Source: Candidatus Latescibacterota bacterium (lineage in GTDB: Bacteria; Latescibacterota; UBA2968; UBA8231). From it: 64,000 nucleotides of DNA. A model generated the notes under the pieces. It had not been told where the DNA came from. It searched no databases and saw only the letters and a list, made by a program, of their open reading frames with translations. Numbering within the stretch: position 1 is the first letter of the stretch; the number at the start of each line of letters is the position of its first letter. The translations under genes and the position numbers were made by a program. This document shows, in pieces, positions 40,651-50,124 of this stretch. The DNA is taken from positions 448,001 to 512,000 of the forward strand of contig OZ241889.1 of the NCBI GenBank assembly GCA_965203355.1, given 5' to 3'.

Positions 40651-41244
40651 ATGAAGGAGGCGACGCGCACTTGCAAAGAACGGCTCAGAAAGCGCGTCCT
40701 AGCTGTGCGCCTGGGCTTGGCCCGCAGCCAAGCGGAAGCTAGCTGGCAGGCCATATTAGAGAAGGTCTTGGGCTTGGAGGCGTACCGCGAGGCCAAACTC
40801 GTCCACACCTATGTCTCTAGCAAGGAAAACGAAGTCGATACGCACGCCTTGATCCGCGCTTGCTTTGCACACGGCAAGCGCGTGGCCGTGCCCGTAGTGA
40901 TGCCAGGCACGAAGACGCTGGGCCACGCGCTGATCGACGGCCTAGACCAACTCGTCGTCGGCCCCTCGGGGCTAGCGCAACCCGATCCGGCGGCGGCCAC
41001 TTGGCTGCCCGCAGCAGCTCACTTCGACTTGGTCGTGGTGCCGGGCCTCGCCTTTGACCGGCGCGGGCAGCGCATCGGCTGGGGCGGCGGCTACTACGAC
41101 CGCTTTCTCGCGCAAGTGCAGGCCGTCAAAATAGGGCTGTGCTACGACGCGCTAGTCCTCGACTGCATTCCCGGCGAGCCACACGATGTGCCCGTGGACC
41201 TGGTCGTCGCCGAAACCGCCATTTACCAAGGAGACCTTGCATGA
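40651..41244 (+). CDS. ygfA: 5-formyltetrahydrofolate cyclo-ligase
   Basis: K..LRK, NEVDT, GKRVAVP, DLVVVPGLAFDRRGQRIGWGGGYYDRFL, EPHDVPVD. Confidence 0.93.
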   Translation: MKEATRTCKERLRKRVLAVRLGLARSQAEASWQAILEKVLGLEAYREAKLVHTYVSSKENEVDTHALIRACFAHGKRVAVPVVMPGTKTLGHALIDGLDQLVVGPSGLAQPDPAAATWLPAAAHFDLVVVPGLAFDRRGQRIGWGGGYYDRFLAQVQAVKIGLCYDALVLDCIPGEPHDVPVDLVVAETAIYQGDLA

Positions 41245-41555
41245 TCTACGAACTGCGCATCTATCGCTTCCACAAGGGAGCCGACGACAAAAAGAAATTC
41301 CGCGCCGGCTTTGCCAAGGCCCGCCGCTTTATGGCCAAGTACGGCGTGACGTTTGTCGCGGCATGGGAAAATCCCGACCGCGACGACGAGTTCATCTGGA
41401 TTCGCGCCTTCCCCAACGCCAAGGCCCGCGACAAGGCGATTGAAGCCTATTACGGCAGCCCAGAATGGGCCAAGATCGTCGATCAAATCCGGCCGCTAAT
41501 CCGCCGGCGGGAAGTGCGAGTAATGAAAGCATTGCCCTATTCGACCCTGAAGTAA
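41241..41555 (+). CDS. NIPSNAP family protein
   Basis: MIYELRIY...F.WIRAF....R......Y.SPEW...PYS.LK; AGGAG RBS. Confidence 0.85.
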   Translation: MIYELRIYRFHKGADDKKKFRAGFAKARRFMAKYGVTFVAAWENPDRDDEFIWIRAFPNAKARDKAIEAYYGSPEWAKIVDQIRPLIRRREVRVMKALPYSTLK

Positions 41556-41559
41556 AATA

Positions 41560-42540
41560 ATGCTCCGCATCGGCCCAATAACCGCTGACCCCGGCATCCT
41601 GCTAGCGCCCATGGAGGATGTTTCCGAGCTACCGTTCCGCCTGATTTGCCGGGAACTGGGAGCCGACATCGTCTATACCGAGTTCGTCAATGCCGAGGGG
41701 CTGTTGCGCGAAGATCCCAACGGGCCGCGCCGCGCTTTTCGCAAGCTGCGCTTTGCCGAGGCCGAGCGACCTTTGGCCATCCAACTCTACGGCGCGGCCT
41801 CGCTGTCTATGGAGAAAGCCACCGAAATCGCCAGCGCACAAAACCCAGACTTCATCGACATCAACTGCGGCTGCTGGGTGAGCAATGTAGCACTGCGCGG
41901 AGCCGGGGCCGGGCTGTTGCGCGACTTGCCGCAGATGAAGGAGGTCGTCTCGCGCGTCATCGGCGCAACCCACCTGCCGGTGACCGTGAAGACGCGCCTC
42001 GGCTGGGACCAGCAGAGCATTCGCATCGTCGCGGTTGCTCAGATGCTCGAGGCACTGGGCGTACAGGCACTGGCCATTCACTGCCGCACCCGCGCACAAG
42101 GCCACAAGGGCGCAGCAGATTACGAGTGGATTCCCAAGGTCAAGGCGGCGGTCTCCATACCGATCATTCTCAACGGCGACGTCACCTCGCCGCAAATAGT
42201 CAAACACGCCTTCGACAGCACCGGGTGCGACGGGGTGATGATCGGCCGCGCGGCCATCCGCCACCCGTGGATTTTCCGCGAATCCCAGCACTACCTCCAG
42301 ACGGGTGCGCTCCTGCCCGAACCGAGTTGGCCGGAGCGCGTTGAGCTGTGCCTCAAGCACCTGCGACTGGCCGTTGAACACGACGGCCCGCAGGGGGCCC
42401 TGATCGGCATGAGACGCCACTACGCCGGGTACTTTCGCGGTCTGCGCGGCGCGGCGCGGCTCAGAGCCGAACTGGCGGGCTACAAGGAACTAAGCCCCTT
42501 GTTGGACCGCCTCGCGGAACTGCAACGCCTCGCCGCCTGA
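41560..42540 (+). CDS. dusB: tRNA-dihydrouridine synthase
   Basis: LAPMEDV, YTEFV, IQLYG, IDINCGC, VTVKTRLGW, IHCRT, NGDV, GVMIGR. Confidence 0.92.
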   Translation: MLRIGPITADPGILLAPMEDVSELPFRLICRELGADIVYTEFVNAEGLLREDPNGPRRAFRKLRFAEAERPLAIQLYGAASLSMEKATEIASAQNPDFIDINCGCWVSNVALRGAGAGLLRDLPQMKEVVSRVIGATHLPVTVKTRLGWDQQSIRIVAVAQMLEALGVQALAIHCRTRAQGHKGAADYEWIPKVKAAVSIPIILNGDVTSPQIVKHAFDSTGCDGVMIGRAAIRHPWIFRESQHYLQTGALLPEPSWPERVELCLKHLRLAVEHDGPQGALIGMRRHYAGYFRGLRGAARLRAELAGYKELSPLLDRLAELQRLAA

Positions 42541-42695
42541 TTCCCATCCTTCTGCAATTTTCGCTCCCGTCCCGTTTTAATTGGGGACAATTCATAAATT
42601 TTTTCTATTAATTACATAGCAATTATTAATTTGCTCAATAAACAGAACCTTCTACTTTACTTTAAACCTTACTCTTCCACACAAAGGAGACTGCT

Positions 42696-44009
42696 GTGAA
42701 CCAACCCAAATCCATCGCCCCGGCCACGGGCAAACTCGGCGTCCTCATTCCCGGCATGGGCGCGGTGGCCACCACGGTTATCGCTGGCGTCGAAGCCATC
42801 AAAGCCGGCATCGGCCAGCCCATCGGCTCGCTGACCCAAATGGGCACCATCCGTTTGGGCAAGCGCACCGAAGGACGCACGCCGCTCATCAAGGACTTCG
42901 TACCGCTGGCCGGCATTGACAGCCTAGTCTTCGGCGGCTGGGATGTCTTTCCAGAGGACGCCTATGACTCGGCCATCCACGCTGGCGTCTTGGACAAGGA
43001 ACTGCTCGGCCAACTCGCGGACCCGCTCAAAGCCGTCAAACCAATGCCCGCGGTTTTCGACCGCAACTACGTGCGCCGTCTCGAAGGCTCTAACGTCAAA
43101 AACGCCAAGAGCAAGTGGGATGCCGTGCTCGAAGTGCGCGAAGACATCCAGCGCTTCAAGGCCGACAACAGCGTCGAACGGCTGGTGATGATTTGGTGCG
43201 GCAGCACCGAGGTCTTCATGCAGCACCACGACGTACACGACACCATCGAGAGCCTTGAAAAGGCCATCAAGGAAAACCACCCGGCCATTCCTCCGAGCAT
43301 GATCTACGCCTATGCCGCGCTACAGGAAGGCGTCCCCTTTCTAAACGGTGCGCCGAATTTGACCGTAGATGTCCCGGCCATGGTCGAACTGGCGCGGCAA
43401 AAGTGCGTACCCATTGGCGGCAAGGACTTCAAAACCGGCCAAACCCTGATGAAGACCCTGCTAGCCCCGGGTCTCAAGGCACGGATGCTGGGCGTACAGG
43501 GCTGGTTTTCGACCAACATCTTGGGCAATCGCGACGGCGAGGTGCTCGACGACCCCGACTCGTTCAAGACCAAGGAAGTCAGCAAGCTCGACGTGCTGGA
43601 GTTCATCTTGCAACCCAACCTCTACCCCCAGCTCTACGGCGACATTTACCACAAAGTGCGGATCAACTACTATCCACCACGCGGCGACGAGAAAGAAGGC
43701 TGGGACAACATCGACATCTTCGGCTGGCTGGGGATGCCCATGCAGATCAAGGTCAATTTCCTCTGCCGCGATTCGATTCTCGCCGCGCCGTTGGTTTTGG
43801 ACTTGGTGCTGTTTGCCGACTTGGCGCAGCGGGCGCAGATGGCGGGGACCCAAGAGTGGTTATCGTTTTACTTCAAAAGCCCGATGACCGCGCCCGACCT
43901 CTACCCCGAGCACGACCTCTTCATCCAGCTAATGAAGCTCAAGAACACGCTGCGCTTCTTGCAGGGCGAAGACCTAATTACCCACTTGGGTCAAGAGTAC
44001 TACGACTAG
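42696..44009 (+). CDS. ino1: myo-inositol-1-phosphate synthase
   Basis: FGGWD, WCGSTE, NGAPN, GKDFKTGQT, NILGNRDG, CRDSILAAPLVLDL, SFYFKSP. Confidence 0.95.
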   Translation: MNQPKSIAPATGKLGVLIPGMGAVATTVIAGVEAIKAGIGQPIGSLTQMGTIRLGKRTEGRTPLIKDFVPLAGIDSLVFGGWDVFPEDAYDSAIHAGVLDKELLGQLADPLKAVKPMPAVFDRNYVRRLEGSNVKNAKSKWDAVLEVREDIQRFKADNSVERLVMIWCGSTEVFMQHHDVHDTIESLEKAIKENHPAIPPSMIYAYAALQEGVPFLNGAPNLTVDVPAMVELARQKCVPIGGKDFKTGQTLMKTLLAPGLKARMLGVQGWFSTNILGNRDGEVLDDPDSFKTKEVSKLDVLEFILQPNLYPQLYGDIYHKVRINYYPPRGDEKEGWDNIDIFGWLGMPMQIKVNFLCRDSILAAPLVLDLVLFADLAQRAQMAGTQEWLSFYFKSPMTAPDLYPEHDLFIQLMKLKNTLRFLQGEDLITHLGQEYYD

Positions 44010-44483
44010 GAGCTTTTAATACCCGCCCAATTTTCTCAATTTTGCCGCACAGCGAGTTGGGAAACCGCTACTGGTCAAATGGAAATAGATTTCGTCCGGG
44101 ATTTATCGTTTTCTAAAGACCAAAAAAGACAGGTCTCACCTTTGGCCTTTGAGCGGGTCGCTAATGGCCCCAACTCCTTCAACGCCGAAGCTCAGAAAGC
44201 CTATGTCTTCCCTAGGCCGGGTTAAGAAGATGCCATGAGAGCGGTTCCCTCTTTGCCGTCACTCGGTATGGGCTTACTTTTTGGCCTTGAAGTAGATCGC
44301 GACCAAAAGGACTGCTTATCCGACCCTGACGAATGGTCTGTGAATTGTGTACGTCGAGGCAATCAATGAACCAGAGACGCGCTGTGAATAGCACACACGC
44401 AAGGCGTCTGGAATGGCATTGCCGAAATGAAACGCCTCATGGCAAGCAGACAATGGGAATGGTAAACAAGGATTCGTAAGCCC

Positions 44484-45647
44484 ATGAGGATACCTGTTGC
44501 ATATCAGCCCGGCTACGAAAAGGCCCGTGCGTCCAACCCTGAGACTGCCGATAAGTACATCGAGCACACGCTCATCGGCGATCCCGCAGCCGACACCTTG
44601 GTCAATGCAATAGCTGACGCCAACCAAGAGCAGCAGGCCGAGTTCATCAGGGGCGGGATGGATGGGGATGAGGAGGCTTTGCGCGCTGCACCGCAGGCTG
44701 TGAGGGAGTTCTTTGGTGGGGTTGGGACGCCGCCGGCATGGTTCGATCCACAGGTAGTGTATGCTGGATGCCGCAAATTCCACGCTTACTCAGACCTGTT
44801 TCTCACCGCGTTTGTCGCTGATATCATCGTCCGGGGTTTCACGACGCTAATCAGCCAATCGTTCTTCATTACGGGGCGGCTAACGGATCGGGGGGTGCGG
44901 CGGTTGCGGCAGAATATCCGGCATCTCTTAGAGATCATGTTGCCAGGCGGCCTAGAGCGGCATGGCGAAGGTTGGAAACTGTCCGTCCGCCTCCGGCTGG
45001 TACATGCGCGGATCAGGCAACAGTTGCTCGCTTCTGAAGATTGGGACCAAGAAGCCCACGGAATGCCGCTGAGTGCTGCCCACATTGCGCTCGCGTCCTG
45101 TAACTTCTCTGGAATGATGCTGTGGGCGGCCGAGCGGCTTGGCGCGCGTCTGAACGATGAAGAGCGCGATAGCTTTATGCAAATCTGGCGCTACACCGCT
45201 TGGCTGATGGGGGTGCCCGACGCGCTATTGTTCCGCGATGAGGCCGAGGCCCGTGAAACATTCCGCGTGGGCTACATGTGTGAGCCGCCCTTCGGCGTGG
45301 AAGCCATTGCCATGGCAAACTCGGTGATTAACTCGGCTCCCTTAGTAATTGGCATTGAAGACAAAGATGAACGCCGGGCCCTGATTAGCTATGGGTACCG
45401 CCTTTCGCGCGCATTGCTCGGAGACGAGCTCGCCGACCAACTCATGTTTCCAAAAAATCGGACGGCTGGGGCGTTGGTGTATTTGCGGTTTCGGCGTAGA
45501 ATCCAAGAGTTTATCGATGTCTTTAGGGAAGCCAAAGGGCTGCGCACCCAAAACTTTATAACCCTGCTCGACATATCCGAGCTCAATGAAGAGGGGATCA
45601 GTTACCGACTGCCCGACGAGCTACACGGAGACGCATCGCGTTGGTAG
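44484..45647 (+). CDS. MpaB/DUF2236 (Lcp-like) heme oxygenase family protein
   Basis: GDP.AD, P.WFD...V..G, TGRL....RRL, VRLRLVHARIR (heme-His motif), W.....G.P, WRYTAWLMGVP. Confidence 0.85.
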   Translation: MRIPVAYQPGYEKARASNPETADKYIEHTLIGDPAADTLVNAIADANQEQQAEFIRGGMDGDEEALRAAPQAVREFFGGVGTPPAWFDPQVVYAGCRKFHAYSDLFLTAFVADIIVRGFTTLISQSFFITGRLTDRGVRRLRQNIRHLLEIMLPGGLERHGEGWKLSVRLRLVHARIRQQLLASEDWDQEAHGMPLSAAHIALASCNFSGMMLWAAERLGARLNDEERDSFMQIWRYTAWLMGVPDALLFRDEAEARETFRVGYMCEPPFGVEAIAMANSVINSAPLVIGIEDKDERRALISYGYRLSRALLGDELADQLMFPKNRTAGALVYLRFRRRIQEFIDVFREAKGLRTQNFITLLDISELNEEGISYRLPDELHGDASRW

Positions 45648-45659
45648 GGCTAAAAAACC

Positions 45660-47036
45660 ATGAAAACAAGCAGAGTCATCATAATTGGCGGCGGAGCGGC
45701 TGGCCTGAGTGCTGCCTACACCCTCAAGAAGCGCGGCATCACGCCCATCCTTCTCGAAGCCAAAGACCGCGTGGGCGGACGGCTGGGCGGCGACCGGGTG
45801 GATGGTTTTTGCTTAGACGAAGGCGCGGACTTCTTCTGCAATTCCTACGATGTTGCCTTTCGCCTATGCGAGGAATTGGGACTGCCGCTGATTCGTTCGG
45901 CGATGAACCTCGGCTGGTACAGAAATGGCCGATGGGTTCAAACGGTGCCGTTCCAGTCCGTTGGTGCCCTTATTAGGAACCTGTCGCCATCCTGGACATT
46001 GGGGTTTTTGTCGCCCCGGGTAGTCTGGTCGATTCTGAAGCTGGTCCGGGCGATCGGGCGACAATCGGAGTACCTGAATTTCTCCAGTGAATGTCGGATC
46101 GTCGAACTCGACGGAGCGGAGAACTTTGGCGACTATCTGGCCAGAATCGGCGTACCCGATCATCTAAAGGTAACGCTGAGCGGCTTCTTGGAGATGACGA
46201 TGGGCCACATCGAATACGCCAGCGCCGCGTACATGCGGACGTATCTGGCGGAAATGTTGTTAAAAGCCGATCAGATATATGTACCGGAGCAGGGGGCCGG
46301 TGCCCTGACCCACGCCCTGGTCGAGGCGTGTGGAGATGTCATTCGCGTTTCGACGCCGACCAGGCGCGTGGTCATCCGGGACGGCGCGGCGACAAGCGTG
46401 ATCACCGACGACGGTTCCATGGAAGCGGACGCGGTCATTTGCGCCCTCCCGGCCACGAAGGTGGCGGGCGTCATTCCCGACCTGTCGGCTGAGATTCGCC
46501 ACGCGCTCGGCAAGGTCACCTACTCGACTGGGGTTCGAGTGGTGATCGGCCTCGACCACCCCCCGCTCCCCGCTGGTTGGCACGGCGCGTTGTACCCCGA
46601 GGACGAAACGCCGCTCCTGCTGGATCGGTCCATAAACTTGCCCGCCATCACGCCGCCGGGCAAGAGTACGCTTGACCTGCTCGTCGGTAGGGATCGGGCG
46701 GAAGAGCTACTGCCGCTGGACGACGAGGAAATCAAGTGCCAGATGCTTGGCGACGTGCGCCGAAACCCCCCTCCTAACTCCGCTCTCCCCAGCGACGATG
46801 AAGGGCTGTTTACCCGCGTGTACCGCTGGCCGGAGGCCGTGTGCATGATGGCGCCTGGCATGTTCAAAGCGGTAGCAGAGATGCGCCGTCAGCTCGCTCG
46901 AGACGTAAAGAATCTATTCCTGGCGGGCGACTACACGCGGGTGCCCTCGGTGAACGGCGCCTTGGCCAGTGGCGTCGATGCGGCGAATGAGGCCGTGGAT
47001 TTGCTAGCGTTCCGTCAAAACGACATGGCAAAATGA
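45660..47036 (+). CDS. FAD-dependent oxidoreductase (amine oxidase/protoporphyrinogen oxidase-like)
   Basis: IIGGGAAGLSAA, LEAKDRVGGR, DEGA, LAGDY, GALASG. Confidence 0.85.
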   Translation: MKTSRVIIIGGGAAGLSAAYTLKKRGITPILLEAKDRVGGRLGGDRVDGFCLDEGADFFCNSYDVAFRLCEELGLPLIRSAMNLGWYRNGRWVQTVPFQSVGALIRNLSPSWTLGFLSPRVVWSILKLVRAIGRQSEYLNFSSECRIVELDGAENFGDYLARIGVPDHLKVTLSGFLEMTMGHIEYASAAYMRTYLAEMLLKADQIYVPEQGAGALTHALVEACGDVIRVSTPTRRVVIRDGAATSVITDDGSMEADAVICALPATKVAGVIPDLSAEIRHALGKVTYSTGVRVVIGLDHPPLPAGWHGALYPEDETPLLLDRSINLPAITPPGKSTLDLLVGRDRAEELLPLDDEEIKCQMLGDVRRNPPPNSALPSDDEGLFTRVYRWPEAVCMMAPGMFKAVAEMRRQLARDVKNLFLAGDYTRVPSVNGALASGVDAANEAVDLLAFRQNDMAK

Positions 47037-49315
47037 CCCTGTTGGACCGCTATATCAACTTCACTCTTTCCCGCCGGTGGCTGGTTGTTTTGCTGGCCGT
47101 GCTGTCCATGCTTGCCGCGGCGGCGGGCCTGCCCGGCATCGCTGTTTCCAGCAGCTATCGCGTGCTGTTCGGCAAGGACAATCCCGACCTCCTTGCATTC
47201 GACAAATTGCAGGATACCTATTCCGCATCGAGGTCGGCACTGATTGCGATTGCCCCGAAAGTGGGAACGGTGTTCACTCGGGAGACCCTCGCTGCGATTG
47301 AAGAACTGACTGAGGCGGCGTGGCAGACACCGCACTCGATCCGAGTCAATTCACTGACCAATTATTTCCACAGTGAAGCCGTTGAGGACGACCTGACAAT
47401 CGCACCTTTGGTAGAGGGTGCAGCGTCTTTAAGCGACGCCGAACTTGATCGGATCCGGACCATTGCCTTGAGCGAACCCGAACTCGTTGGGCAGCTAATT
47501 GCTGGTGACGGGCGAGTGGGCGGGCTGGTCATCAGCTTTGCTTTATCCGAGCCAGAGGAACCCGCTTGGGCCGAAATTTCGAACTATCTCAACGGCCTGC
47601 TCGATAAGGCCCGGGTCGCCCATCCAGATCTGGCCTACTTCCTAACCGGCAATGTGATCATGAACCAAGCCTTCACCGACGCTGCCCAGGATGGAGAGCA
47701 ACTTATCCCGATTGTGTTTCTCGTCATCTTGGCCATCGCCGCTCTCCTCCTGCGCTCGGTGTACACCACCCTTTCCATTGCAGTCATTCTCGTATTCACT
47801 GTCCTGAGCACCATGGGGGTTGCGGGCTGGTTTGGCACCATGCTCACACCGATCAGTGCAAGCGTGCCGGTCGTCATCATGACGGTCGGGGTCGCCCATG
47901 CGATCCACATCGCAACCATCGCACTGTCCGGCATGCGCCAAGGGCTGGAGCGGAACGCAGCACTTGCGAAATCCCTGCGCGACAATCTGTATCCGGTTTT
48001 TCTGACATCCGCCACAACCTCGGTCGGATTCCTCAGCCTGAACACATCGGATTCGCCGCCGTTCCACGTCCTCGGCAATCTGGTCGCGCTGGGCGTGCTA
48101 TTCACGTTCATCTATTCAGTAACGCTCCTGCCGGCGGTGCTTTCGATCCTGCCCCTGCGCGTGACGCCGGCCCGCACTGGGGGAACCTCGGTTTTTGACC
48201 GCCTCGGGAGTTTCGTCGTCGCGCAACGCAAACTGGTCCTCTGGTCCAGCGTCCTCGTGGTCGCGGTGCTGGCGACCGGCGTTCTCCGCAACGAACTGAG
48301 CGACAACTGGCTCCATCATTTCGATGACCGCTACACCTTCCGCACCGATACGGATTTCATTATCGAGAATCTGACCGGGTTGGACCGGCTTGAATACTCA
48401 TTGAGTTCCGGGCGCGAGGGCGGCATCACCGATCCCGAATACCTGCGCAGGGTCGATGCGTTTGCCGAATGGTACCGCGCCCAGCCCGAAGTGCATCACG
48501 TTCAGGCGTTTGCGGACATCATGAAGCGCATAAACGAGAACATGCACGGGGATGATCCAGCGTTCTACCGGATACCTGACGATCCCGAACTCGCCGCGCA
48601 ATTCCTGCTGCTTTACGAATTTTCGCTGCCCTTCGGCACCGATCTCAACGATCGCATGGACATCGCCAAATCCGCAACGCGCATGACCGTAGTGCTCGAA
48701 AACACATCTACGCGGGACCATCTCGATATCGATGCGCGTGCCCGGAATTGGTTGCAGGCCAATGCGTCCGAACTCGCGGGCGCGGCTTCGGGCTTCACCA
48801 TGATTTCCGCCCATCTGTCGAATCAGAACATCAACAGCATGCTGGCCGGCACGATTCTCGCCACGGGCATCATTTCGGTGATTCTGATCCTGGTTTTCTG
48901 GAATGTCCGCATCGGTCTGATCTGTCTGGTGCCGAATTTTATTCCGGCGGTGATGGCTTTCGGTCTGTGGGGATATTGCGTCGGCCAAGTTGGGCTTGGC
49001 GCATCTGTGGTAACCGCGATCGCCATTGGCATCATCGTGGACGATACGATCCATTTTCTCACCAAGTATCTGAAAGCCCGCCGGCAAGGGCTGCCAGCGT
49101 CCGAGGCCGTACTCGCCACATTTCGCACCGTGGGCCCGGCGTTGTGGGCCACCACCGCCATTCTGACAGCCGGTTTCTTGGTGTTCGCCTCCTCTGGATA
49201 CGAGCCTAACTGGGTGCTCGGCCTTTTGGTTGCGCTCACGATCTTCTTTGCATTCGTCGCCGATTTCTTCCTCCTTCCGACGCTGCTGATTGCCATTGAC
49301 CGGAGAAACTCATGA
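47033..49315 (+). CDS. MMPL/RND-family transporter
   Basis: Two repeats of TM + periplasmic domain + 5 TM; GVAHAIH, LTSATTSVGFLSL, GIIVDDTIHF. Confidence 0.9.
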   Translation: MTLLDRYINFTLSRRWLVVLLAVLSMLAAAAGLPGIAVSSSYRVLFGKDNPDLLAFDKLQDTYSASRSALIAIAPKVGTVFTRETLAAIEELTEAAWQTPHSIRVNSLTNYFHSEAVEDDLTIAPLVEGAASLSDAELDRIRTIALSEPELVGQLIAGDGRVGGLVISFALSEPEEPAWAEISNYLNGLLDKARVAHPDLAYFLTGNVIMNQAFTDAAQDGEQLIPIVFLVILAIAALLLRSVYTTLSIAVILVFTVLSTMGVAGWFGTMLTPISASVPVVIMTVGVAHAIHIATIALSGMRQGLERNAALAKSLRDNLYPVFLTSATTSVGFLSLNTSDSPPFHVLGNLVALGVLFTFIYSVTLLPAVLSILPLRVTPARTGGTSVFDRLGSFVVAQRKLVLWSSVLVVAVLATGVLRNELSDNWLHHFDDRYTFRTDTDFIIENLTGLDRLEYSLSSGREGGITDPEYLRRVDAFAEWYRAQPEVHHVQAFADIMKRINENMHGDDPAFYRIPDDPELAAQFLLLYEFSLPFGTDLNDRMDIAKSATRMTVVLENTSTRDHLDIDARARNWLQANASELAGAASGFTMISAHLSNQNINSMLAGTILATGIISVILILVFWNVRIGLICLVPNFIPAVMAFGLWGYCVGQVGLGASVVTAIAIGIIVDDTIHFLTKYLKARRQGLPASEAVLATFRTVGPALWATTAILTAGFLVFASSGYEPNWVLGLLVALTIFFAFVADFFLLPTLLIAIDRRNS

Positions 49316-50124
49316 TTGCCACGCGACTCATGCTGCCGTTTTTCGCGCTTTGTCTGATCACGTTGACTTATCTTGGCGCGGCACCTGCTCATTCCGAAAG
49401 CACCACCCCCGAGGCAATCGGACTGAAAATTGCTCAGGACGCGCGCGCACGCGAGGCGGGTTTTGGCAACTTTACCGCCCAACAAACCATGGTGCTGCGC
49501 AACAAACACGGCCAAGAGAGCCAACGCCAGCTCCGGGTAAAGATCCTCGAAGTCCCCAACGACGGCGACAAGAGCCTGTTTGTGTTCAATGAGCCGCGCG
49601 ATGTTCAGGGAACGGCGCTGCTCATTCACGCGCATCGGGAAAGCGCGGACGATCAATGGCTCTACCTACCCGCTCTGAAGCGAGTCAAGCGCATTAATTC
49701 GTCGAATCGGTCCGGCTCCTTCATGGGGAGCGAATTTGCCTATGAGGACCTGACCGCCGAGGCCGTGGAGAAATTCACCTACCGCTACCTGCGCGACGAG
49801 CCTTGCGGAGATTTGACCTGCGCGATCTCCGAACGCATTCCCGTGGATGAGAAATCCGGCTATAGCCGCCAAGTGGTCTGGCGCGACAAGGACGAGCTGC
49901 GCGTGTGGAAAGTGGAGTACTACGACCGCAAGGATGCCCATTTGAAGACGCTTACGCTGAGGGATTATCAGCAGTACTTGGGGCGTTACTGGCGCGCTGG
50001 CGAGATGGCGATGGAAAATCATCTGACCGGAAAAAGCACCGTGCTGACCTGGACGGATTTTCAATTTCAAACCGATCTCGACGCCCGTGATTTTACGCGA
50101 ACCGGGCTGAAACGGGCGCGTTGA
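49312..50124 (+). CDS. Outer-membrane lipoprotein-sorting (LolA-like) protein
   Basis: Signal peptide; F.EPRDV.GTALL, DDQWLYLPALKRVKRI, SFMGSEFAYED, YYDRK...LKTL. Confidence 0.88.
   Translation: MIATRLMLPFFALCLITLTYLGAAPAHSESTTPEAIGLKIAQDARAREAGFGNFTAQQTMVLRNKHGQESQRQLRVKILEVPNDGDKSLFVFNEPRDVQGTALLIHAHRESADDQWLYLPALKRVKRINSSNRSGSFMGSEFAYEDLTAEAVEKFTYRYLRDEPCGDLTCAISERIPVDEKSGYSRQVVWRDKDELRVWKVEYYDRKDAHLKTLTLRDYQQYLGRYWRAGEMAMENHLTGKSTVLTWTDFQFQTDLDARDFTRTGLKRAR

Noticed and set aside
44010-44483. Hidden gene or ncRNA between ino1 and the oxygenase operon
   Set aside because: Only short fragments (e.g. minus-strand AVLLVAIYFKAKK) and no recognisable RNA motif.
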